From the IMG/VR virus record IMGVR_UViG_3300004805_000023, positions 1 through 30,180 of that record: 30,180 bases of DNA; one strand, given 5' to 3'. A program made the position numbers and the translations under genes. Shown here piece by piece: positions 8,067 to 16,500 of the stretch (its first letter is position 1; each line of letters opens with the position of its first letter). The notes below the pieces were generated by a model. The model had not been told where the DNA came from. It worked only from the letters and a program-made list of their open reading frames with translations, and ran no database searches. This DNA comes from a virus. Lineage: Duplodnaviria; Caudoviricetes.

Positions 8067-9056
8067 ATGAGATACAATAGGGCTATTTCGCCTAATGCTG
8101 TACACAGTTCCCATCTACTGACTAGACTAAAAGCTCAGGCAGTTAAAGTATCGATAGTCAATGGTCCTCAGCCAGGCGTGCGTCACCAGCAGCGTTCTGC
8201 GCCTCTACCTCCTAAGCCAGAAAAACCACCGACGAAGATTCAAGATAGTGCAAGAGTTGCACCCAAGAAGGCAGGGGCGGTCGAAGTTCGCCAGCAGCAG
8301 GCGATGCAAAGACAGGATATAAAGAAAAAACGGGAACCACGTGTTACTTATGTTTCACGGACAGTAGACCCAATTTTTTTAGAAAAAACCAGATCTTTGA
8401 AAGATGCCGGCCGTGGGAAAACGCTTATTATTATAGGCAATGGTCCAACGCTAAATGAAGTTGATTTGAGAAGCCTCAAGCACAGGCTAGGGATAGAATT
8501 CTTATCTGTAAACTATCCTGACCCTAGGTTATGGCCTACTGATTATTGGGCTTTCTTTGATTCTTCCCAGATACAAAGGCACGCCGCCCTTTGGGATGAA
8601 TTCAATGGAACAATTTTCAATTCATCGTCGATACAAAGACGAAAGACAGGCACTATTCAGTTTAGAAACATTGGTGTTAAATCTTTTAGCAAGGATTTGG
8701 TTGATGGTTTATGCATAGGCAGAAGTAGCGTATTCGCCAGCATGCAGATTGCGCTATGGATGAATTTCGATAAGATATACATCTTTGGTGTTGATATGAA
8801 TCCATCGACGGATTTAAAAAAATTACATTTTTATGGAACAAATCCTGATGTATTGCCAGAAAACAGGGCGAAGAGGTTCGAGAAGGAAGCGGAATATTAT
8901 GTTACGGCTTTTGAATCGATGTCAGAGAAGGAAAGAGATAAGTTTACCTTCTGTAGCTCTGTTAACCCATGGCCCTTTATGTCTATGTTTAATAAACTTG
9001 ATCATAAGGTGGCTGCGGCTGAAATTTTGCGTGATTATTTAAAACCCAAGGAGTAG
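8067..9056 (+). CDS. DUF115/MptE/Maf- or GT42-like transferase domain with Pro/Gln/Lys-rich N-terminal extension
   Basis: IIIGNGPTL, SVN, SSVFASMQIALWMNFDKIYIFGVDM and HFYG motifs typical of the Cst-II/Maf fold. Confidence 0.7.
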   Translation: MRYNRAISPNAVHSSHLLTRLKAQAVKVSIVNGPQPGVRHQQRSAPLPPKPEKPPTKIQDSARVAPKKAGAVEVRQQQAMQRQDIKKKREPRVTYVSRTVDPIFLEKTRSLKDAGRGKTLIIIGNGPTLNEVDLRSLKHRLGIEFLSVNYPDPRLWPTDYWAFFDSSQIQRHAALWDEFNGTIFNSSSIQRRKTGTIQFRNIGVKSFSKDLVDGLCIGRSSVFASMQIALWMNFDKIYIFGVDMNPSTDLKKLHFYGTNPDVLPENRAKRFEKEAEYYVTAFESMSEKERDKFTFCSSVNPWPFMSMFNKLDHKVAAAEILRDYLKPKE

Positions 9057-9063
9057 AAGGTCG

Positions 9064-9453
9064 ATGACTAAGATTTACGTTGCCTCTAGTTTGTATAATA
9101 AGACCAATGTTAAAGCTCTATATAAGTATCTTGCGTATTTGCAATGCACTATTACTTATGATTGGACTACTCATGGTGGTGTAAACGATGAGGCTTCGCT
9201 TAAGGAGATCGGACTTAAAGAATATCAAGGGGTCGTCGATTGTGATGTTTTGGTTATGTTAATGCCTGCGAGGCTTGGTTCGCATGTCGAGCTTGGTATA
9301 GCTTTAGCGCTTTGTAAACCGGTCGTCATTATTACTAACGGTGAAGATTTCGAAAAGAAGTCATTTTATTTCTTGGACCATGTAAATATTATCAGAGATA
9401 TTGATGCTCTAAAAGGCGCACTTGATAAAATCACGGAACAAGAAAATGACTAA
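9064..9453 (+). CDS. nucleoside 2-deoxyribosyltransferase / nucleotide N-glycosidase family protein
   Basis: KIYVAS, YDWT, GVVDCDVLV, GSHVELGIALALCKPVVII (catalytic Tyr and Glu of the NDT/DNPH1/MilB fold). Confidence 0.8.
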   Translation: MTKIYVASSLYNKTNVKALYKYLAYLQCTITYDWTTHGGVNDEASLKEIGLKEYQGVVDCDVLVMLMPARLGSHVELGIALALCKPVVIITNGEDFEKKSFYFLDHVNIIRDIDALKGALDKITEQEND

Positions 9454-10123
9454 TGGCGAACTGCTCACAAGAATCGAAATAGATGTTTTTCAAGGCAATG
9501 AAATTCTAGAATCATTTGAATTAGCCCACAAATATCGTCTACCTGCGATCATAGTGCATCCCTCATTAAGCTCTGATGCTTTGGTTTGCAGAGGCAGATC
9601 GAAAGGGAAATATAAGATCATTACGCCAGTAGATTGGCCTAAGGGTGAAGTCTTCTCGACAGACAAGTTTAAAGGCTTAAGTTTAGATTCTTTAGAAACA
9701 GATGGTTTTGAAATATACATATCGCCAAAAAAGCAAAAGGGTGATATTAGAAAAGAAATTATATCGTGTACTGAGTTTCTAAAGAAGTTCATCGGTGAGC
9801 TTTGCGAGATAAGATTTGTTATAGGCACGAGGACTAAGGATGAAGCTGATCTAGCTAGTGCTTATGAGGCATTTCGTGATCTAAAGACGCCGACTTTAAT
9901 TCGAGATGATATCACCTTAAAGACTCAGAATTATAAAGCCAATCCAGCTATACACAGCGCTTTTATCACCAACATGTCGCAGTTCTTAAAGTGCCCGATA
10001 AAAGTGAGTGGTAATCTCGACTGTATTGAAGATTTACTGGCTTGCGAATCTGCTAAAAGGTTCGGTGCCAGTCTTCAGCAAACCAAAGGCATAATTAGAA
10101 GCATTAACACGGTGAAAAAATGA
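9446..10123 (+). CDS. DeoC (deoxyribose-phosphate aldolase)-like TIM barrel, divergent active site
   Basis: AIIVHP, TPVDWPKG (cf. TVIGFPLG), IKVSGNL (cf. IKASGGI), AKRFGAS (cf. ASRIGTS); the FVKTSTG motif is replaced by LIRDDIT. Confidence 0.65.
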   Translation: MTNGELLTRIEIDVFQGNEILESFELAHKYRLPAIIVHPSLSSDALVCRGRSKGKYKIITPVDWPKGEVFSTDKFKGLSLDSLETDGFEIYISPKKQKGDIRKEIISCTEFLKKFIGELCEIRFVIGTRTKDEADLASAYEAFRDLKTPTLIRDDITLKTQNYKANPAIHSAFITNMSQFLKCPIKVSGNLDCIEDLLACESAKRFGASLQQTKGIIRSINTVKK

Positions 10124-10416
10124 ACATAATTGAAATATTAGACCAGCTCGATGACGATATCGGGCTTTTATTTAAGACCGAACAATGGTTACATTCTGAA
10201 AAGTCGCGTATGTCTGCCGAAGCCTCTGACATACTAAACAGATTAAAAGCAATTGATAATGCCATAAATTTAAAAAAGGTATTAAATAATATAGACATTG
10301 GGGCTTTAAGGCATGCTTACGATGATGGTTTTCATGGTAAAGAAAACCTTATGCTTGAACTGATAAAATCTTATCTGAATAATTCTTCGGCGGAGGCTCA
10401 AGATGCAACGCGGTAA
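10120..10416 (+). CDS. hypothetical helical protein
   Basis: 98-aa ORF, ATGA overlap with the upstream gene and overlap with purZ start. Confidence 0.75.
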   Translation: MNIIEILDQLDDDIGLLFKTEQWLHSEKSRMSAEASDILNRLKAIDNAINLKKVLNNIDIGALRHAYDDGFHGKENLMLELIKSYLNNSSAEAQDATR

Positions 10417-11602
10417 GTTCAATGTGGTTACTGATGGTCAGTTCGGCAGCACCGGAAAAGGTCTGATAACTTCTTATCTTGCACAAAAACACAGACCAGA
10501 ATTCTTATCTAATACAAACATGGCAAATGCTGGCCATACGGCTGTTAATATAGACGGCACTGCATATATTGCAAAAGCAATGCCATCGGCTGCGATCTTG
10601 AGGAAATGGCTACCAAATTACAATCCTTGGATAATCATGGGTTCTTCTTCTGCATTTACTTTACCACAGCTGATGAAAGAAGTGGAATTAACAGGAAGTA
10701 TCGATAGGCTTATTATTCACCAAAGAGCCATGGTAATCACGGAAGAGCACAGAGAAAGGGAAAATGAAGGTAAAGACAGCACTAAGCATCTAGCGAGTAC
10801 AATGCAAGGTTGTGGTGCTGCCATAGCAGACAAGATACAAAGGTTGCCGGGGACTAAGCTAGCAGTGGATTATGAAGAGTTAAGCCGATATGTATTTTGC
10901 AAAACGTGGACGCGACCTTCTGCTATATTAGATGACATGTCGCTCTTTGATCCATTTAATGTAATGTGTAAACACCATTGTGAAGCACTTCACGAATATA
11001 TTGACTGTGTGCTTAGAGCTACGTTCACTTTTTTACATGAAGGCGCACAAGGATTTTCACTTGACATCAACCATGGCCATTCTTATCCCACTTGCACTAG
11101 CCGTGGCACTTCTGCAATTCAGAACTTAGCTGATATGGGGATATCTCCAAAATACCTTGGTGATGTTTACCTTGTACTTCGGCCTTATCCAATCAGAGTC
11201 GGTAATGTGATTGAAGAAGGCGTTCAGAAGGGATATTCTGGCGGAGGGTATGACGATCAGGTCGAAATTGATTGGGAAGAAATAGCTAGAAAATCAGAGA
11301 TGCCTTTAGAATATGCGACTATCTTAAGAGAAAAAGAGAAAACGACAGTTACAAAGAGGGTCAGAAGAGTATTTTCTTTTTCTAAAAGACAACTGCGTGA
11401 GGCTGTGATGGTTAATGGCGCTACCAAATTAGCTCTTAATTTTGCTAATTACATCGACTGGACTTGCTTTGCTTCATCATCAAGAGACAAACTTACCCCG
11501 AAGATCCTTGATTTCATAAAGATGCTTGAGGATGTTGCCGGAATACCTGTAACGCTTGTTGGAACTGGCCCACAATATGACCACGTCATTGATCTATCGT
11601 AA
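10403..11602 (+). CDS. purZ: PurZ-type adenylosuccinate synthetase homolog (N6-succino-2-amino-2'-deoxyadenylate synthase-like)
   Basis: DGQFGSTGKG (Ser in place of PurA Asp13), NAGHT, EGAQGFSLD..HG.YP.CTSR, RPYPIRVGN, TTVTKRVRRVFSFS, NFANY (in place of PurA TKLD); GGAGG RBS. Confidence 0.85.
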   Translation: MQRGKFNVVTDGQFGSTGKGLITSYLAQKHRPEFLSNTNMANAGHTAVNIDGTAYIAKAMPSAAILRKWLPNYNPWIIMGSSSAFTLPQLMKEVELTGSIDRLIIHQRAMVITEEHRERENEGKDSTKHLASTMQGCGAAIADKIQRLPGTKLAVDYEELSRYVFCKTWTRPSAILDDMSLFDPFNVMCKHHCEALHEYIDCVLRATFTFLHEGAQGFSLDINHGHSYPTCTSRGTSAIQNLADMGISPKYLGDVYLVLRPYPIRVGNVIEEGVQKGYSGGGYDDQVEIDWEEIARKSEMPLEYATILREKEKTTVTKRVRRVFSFSKRQLREAVMVNGATKLALNFANYIDWTCFASSSRDKLTPKILDFIKMLEDVAGIPVTLVGTGPQYDHVIDLS

Positions 11603-12368
11603 TAATTTAGAAGTCTCTGCCTGCATCGACGAACATCATGATAACATCGATGAATCTATTGAGCTTATCAGAGACAGCGGATTCAAATCAGCATCTATAC
11701 TTAATATAAATGGATTATCGCTAACTTCTTTGCCGGACATTACCATAGAAAGAATTAAGAAAAAATTGGCAGATATGCCTATCAATATCGTAAGGATAGA
11801 ATTGGGACATGGAAAAACAATAGTACAAAAGGATATAGATAGAGAACTTTCGATCGCATCATATTTTAAAGCCAAAGCTATTCAGATCGGAATCGAAAAA
11901 TCATCATTTATCGATATGACAAGTTTTAATGATTTCATTGGTAAACTATCGTCATTTGCTGTGTCGATGTCGCTTGTGCCGGTGTTAGAAATTACTGATA
12001 CGATGTTACTAGATAACACAGAAAGTCTTCAGAAGTTTTTATCGTCACACAAAAGGTTTAAATTATCATACGATCCTTGTCGTTTTATGGAGAAAAGCAA
12101 TAAGAATCCGCACGATCGTTGGTTTGAGCCTCTTAAAACTTGTGTTTATAGCATAATTGCCAGGGATTTTAAAACTGGTTCCGGGTTTTATCCTGTCGGT
12201 CAAGGCGCCACAAATATTATTAAAGCTATAGATGAACATATTTTAAATGGTGGTAAATATGTTATATTTAGACCGTCGCTTGGAAGGCGTTTCGGCAGTA
12301 CGATCGGAAAGAAAGAAACGTTTAAATTAGCTTTAGAAGTGTTTAATAATTTATTTAGGAGTATTTAG
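11577..12368 (+). CDS. xylose-isomerase/AP-endonuclease-2-like TIM barrel, degenerate metal site
   Basis: VSACIDE, PVLE, LSYDP, ARD...PVGQG, RPSL correspond to sugar-phosphate isomerase motifs (ISAFADE, LEN, FDPAN, HIKD...P.GEG, EPHL) with several ligands substituted. Confidence 0.65.
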   Translation: MTTSLIYRNNLEVSACIDEHHDNIDESIELIRDSGFKSASILNINGLSLTSLPDITIERIKKKLADMPINIVRIELGHGKTIVQKDIDRELSIASYFKAKAIQIGIEKSSFIDMTSFNDFIGKLSSFAVSMSLVPVLEITDTMLLDNTESLQKFLSSHKRFKLSYDPCRFMEKSNKNPHDRWFEPLKTCVYSIIARDFKTGSGFYPVGQGATNIIKAIDEHILNGGKYVIFRPSLGRRFGSTIGKKETFKLALEVFNNLFRSI

Positions 12369-12581
12369 ATGCTCAATGTCAATGAAGCAATCCAAAAAAT
12401 AAAGTCTATCGGCGCAAGCAACGTTAGAATAGTGCCTATGGCTGGACAACCGATTAATAATGGTGACCACCAGATCGAGATCAAAACCGGAGCCAGTTGG
12501 GAATCTATCGTTTCCGGCGTAAAAAAGAAAATGGCGGAAGACATAGTAAATCAAGCTATAAACAAGGTTATCCTTGGTTAA
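12369..12581 (+). CDS. hypothetical protein
   Basis: 70-aa ORF, AGGAG RBS, TAATG coupling to the next gene. Confidence 0.8.
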   Translation: MLNVNEAIQKIKSIGASNVRIVPMAGQPINNGDHQIEIKTGASWESIVSGVKKKMAEDIVNQAINKVILG

Positions 12582-13021
12582 TGATCAAGAAAATCAAATC
12601 TGTAATCGAATTATCTAAATATAAAATAGGAAATAAATTATATTTTATAGATTTATACACTAATTCCGATAAGGATCTAGTACCAAGCGAACTAAATTGG
12701 ATGTTGGCTTGCCATCCAAAGATATTCTTCGTTAAAAAGATATATAAATACAATACAAAATCGAAATATATATGCCCTAGACTCCCTAGCGCGGTTTTCA
12801 GCATATTATCATCACTTCTTGTCGGCCAATTTAATATAATATGTTTTGAAGTGTCGGCTATCAAACGCTGCGCTAATACCGGCGAATTCTATTATTTCGA
12901 TGGTAGCGGAGATTGGCACCCAGAATCAATACTATTCACAACAGAGCGTAAAGCACTCTACGAGAAAAAACGGATATTATCGTTGGTTGATGATTGGGCA
13001 TCGCACAATCGTGGCGATTAA
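12581..13021 (+). CDS. hypothetical protein
   Basis: ATG overlaps the upstream TAA (TAATG); 146 aa. Confidence 0.7.
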   Translation: MIKKIKSVIELSKYKIGNKLYFIDLYTNSDKDLVPSELNWMLACHPKIFFVKKIYKYNTKSKYICPRLPSAVFSILSSLLVGQFNIICFEVSAIKRCANTGEFYYFDGSGDWHPESILFTTERKALYEKKRILSLVDDWASHNRGD

Positions 13022-13030
13022 ATATATTAT

Positions 13031-13555
13031 ATGAAGACTACGAAGGTTAATATATCATTGCCAAGGGTTGCTCAAAAGCACGACTATGACTGCGGGGCGG
13101 CAGCTCTGAAGTCGATCTATGAATACGAACATCCCGAAGATAAAAACGACTTATCGAAATACACCAGATTCTTGGGTAGTACCAAAGGCAAAGGCACAAG
13201 CACACAAGAATTAGTTAGTGCTTGTAAATTACTAGGTCTTAATTTTCAAGAATATCATGGCATGTCTCTTTCTAGACTTCAAAAGGAAATTAAAATCGGA
13301 AATCCGATACTTTGCCTGATAAGATCAAATGATCATGGTCACTTTGTAGTGGCTATGGGGTGCGACGAAGACAATATCTTTTTTGAAGACCCATTCAAAA
13401 AGAAAAATAATGGTTATTTGCCGAAAAAAGAATTTTTCAAAAGATGGACAGATGGTGATAATCATAGCGATTTAAAACGATTTGGATTGATTTTTAAAGT
13501 AACGCGTCCGAAATCGGATAAGAAAATTACAGCCTATAAGATTCTAGGAAATTAA
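13031..13555 (+). CDS. C39-family cysteine peptidase
   Basis: Q-x4-DCGAAAL, GTS, HFVV, EDP: catalytic Cys/His/Asp and oxyanion Gln present. Confidence 0.9.
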   Translation: MKTTKVNISLPRVAQKHDYDCGAAALKSIYEYEHPEDKNDLSKYTRFLGSTKGKGTSTQELVSACKLLGLNFQEYHGMSLSRLQKEIKIGNPILCLIRSNDHGHFVVAMGCDEDNIFFEDPFKKKNNGYLPKKEFFKRWTDGDNHSDLKRFGLIFKVTRPKSDKKITAYKILGN

Positions 13556-13556
13556 T

Positions 13557-16500
13557 ATGGCAGATCAATCAGATATATCGAGATCTAATTATGTCGAATT
13601 AATCTCTGTAGATGTCGATTCATTACTAATGGTTTGTAATGATAAGTATAAGACTGTTGAAAGCAGTTTACCTAGGATTCTAAATGGTATCGATTATCAA
13701 GCCTGCGACACGCCCGCCGCCACAGCACCGCCCATTAACAAGTTTATAACTAATGTAGAGAATATCCCAGGTTCTTTAAGGGAATTAATAAGACGACCGA
13801 ATGTGATTTTGACATCGTTTAATGCAGTGAGTTTTTTAGGGCAGGATATTAATTTAGACACAACAGCAAGTATACCAACTAACACATCGACTATCCCGAA
13901 CCTACCTACAATAAATTTTCAAAAATTCGGTACGTCTGTTTCTTGTAGAAAGAATAGTGATAAGTGTTCTATCGACTTACATTTCATAGATGCATCTAGT
14001 TTAAACACAGGAGTCGCTCCAGGAAGGGCTTTGCTACAAACCAACAAGGCTTTACTTAGTGGTGGGTACGATTATAGATTAGCAATATCAAAAGTCAGGG
14101 GTACGCCCGAATATATTGGGTTTTTTGCTGGTAAACAATATTATAAGCTTTCACTGAATACTTTAAAGGGATTTTGGGATAATTCTTGCGAAAACGATAG
14201 GATAATGGTTGATAAATATGCGGCCATGATTTCAGAGCCTATCAATTCTTCTGCTGTTAACATTATCGGTGTTTCGACTGCGAATGCGTTTACTTATGGG
14301 TTTAATAATCAATCATATGGCAGTCTTAGTAATATAGCAGTTTCATCTATAGTTAGATCTGTTGGGTTTAGGATGGAATTAGCTCTAACTAGCTCCGGCA
14401 AGGCTTTAGATGGAAGTTGGCGGTTTGATTTAGTACCAGCTAGTGGTCTAATGCTTAACCAGATGTTTCGAACTAGTGGTCATACTGGTCCTTTAAATTA
14501 TCAGATCTTAATCGATTCGACCAAGAATGTATCAGGTATGGCTGATAATGATTTTTCTTTAAACGGTGCTGACCTTAAGAAAGTAGAACCAGCTGATTAT
14601 CTTAGATTTAGATCTTTAGCGACGAAGATTTTTTGCATTTATGTCGACCATCGTTCTACCGGATTGTCGTTAGACGATGATTTTAATTATGTCGACTCTG
14701 CTGTGGGTGGCTCTGATCAATTCGAAGCATTTCGGCAAGCCATACAATGTGGGCATAAATTTTTGTTTATATTAAATGATGAAACAATTAGTGCGTCTCA
14801 AGACTATTATAATTTCGTGGCATCGGTTGGTATCGCTAGTGCAGCGGTTGTGCTTATAGATAGCCAAACCGCAACCGGCGGTGAATATTTTGACCAAATA
14901 TCTAGCTCTATTAATACTTTATGTGGTTATGTGGGCGCTAATACGACACCAGGCGTATCTGCCTTTGGTTCAGTTAAAGAATTATGGCAGGGTGGGTCTC
15001 TGTTTAAAGGTTCGAATTTAAAATCGTTGACCCATTTTAAGATAAATAGCAGTTACACATTACCAGACACATCATCACGTACACCAGAGATTTTAGTAAA
15101 CAATGAATCTCTGATAAGTTATGATTCAGTGTTTGATAGAGTGTTTTATATAGAGCGGTCTGATGACGCTTCTTATAGGCTTTTTGCTATGGACATGAAA
15201 ACGCGAGAGCGTTCTGCAATTGCTTTTCTACCTTTTTTATTCGATAATGTTATCGGATTCGACAATAATGTTCCTTCTGCTCAGGCGTATGATCCTGGGA
15301 TGAGGTTATTGTTTATAGGCACAGGGTCCGGACATCTTTATTCTGTTGATGTAACTACAGGAAAATCATCAGAGGTAGAAGTTAATAGCATAGACATAGT
15401 GCCTAGATCAGAACGGAAATATCCTTCTATTACTGGTATTGGTATAGGATATGTGCCATCTTATGATTATAATGGCGTTACGGAATTTGCCGGTCATCGC
15501 GCTCTATTCGTTGGGTTTAATGCTGCAGGCTCCCAAGACATTAAACGTTATAGTATCCTAAGATCTTATGTTTACGATGTGTTGGTCTTCAATAAAACAG
15601 GCATTGCGACTAAAATTACTCCTATAGTCAGTCTTGATTTACCTATGGCTGGGATGGCAAATCTGCGTAGCTTTAGCTTTATGTGTGCGCCGATATTTAA
15701 CTATCTTATAAAAAACTTGCCTGCTACCCCAGTTTCAGAATTTGTCGCTAACCAAAAATTGCCAGGGCTTTTGTTGTGCTACGATATTTTAGACACTAAT
15801 CAGAATTTAATTACGCCAGAGTCAGGCCGATGTATCTCTATAAACCCTTTGATTCTAAATAAAGTGTTTGCGAGTCAGGCAGGGATACAATATAATCTGC
15901 TAGATACTTTTATTATACCAGCATATTATCCTGTCACCAATCGTGCAGACTGGGTAGCGATTGATGATTTTGGCGGTTCTGTTATTTGGGCATCGCTTGA
16001 CACTTCGCCAACCAAAATAATGCTTGATTATTATTATGTGCCCGTACCATCCGCTGGTATCGATAATAAAGGTATCGAGTTTTTTCCTTCTATAGCTGTT
16101 TTATTAAATAGTTATGAGGTAAGCGGTAATGTGAGCAGTATTTTCTTTAGGGACTCTTTAGAATGTTCAGTCGGTGTCAAGGGTGTTGAGAGGCATGATT
16201 TTGGGCCAAAAAATATGAATTGTTGGGATCTTAATAACAGTTCTGTTGCTACTGTTTCTGATTCTTTTGTTGGTAATGAATTGGTTCTTAGATATGGCGA
16301 ATCTGTCAGCAAGAACTATAATCTTGAAGCAGGAAAATATTTTTTAACCATAACTACATCTGATTATCGCACAGGTGCTGACGATGCTGGGCAAAATCTT
16401 ACTGGTTTGGTCGATATTATTACTTCTGGTGGTAGTAGGTTTCATTATTTGCCGGCGCGACTCGACTCGACACCATTAGAAAAGCTAAAAGTACAATCGG

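Noticed and set aside
10403-11602. Annotation as ordinary PurA auxiliary metabolic gene
   Set aside because: It lacks the catalytic GDEGKG Asp and the GTP-specifying TKLD motif; it has PurZ-type GSTGKG and NFAN.
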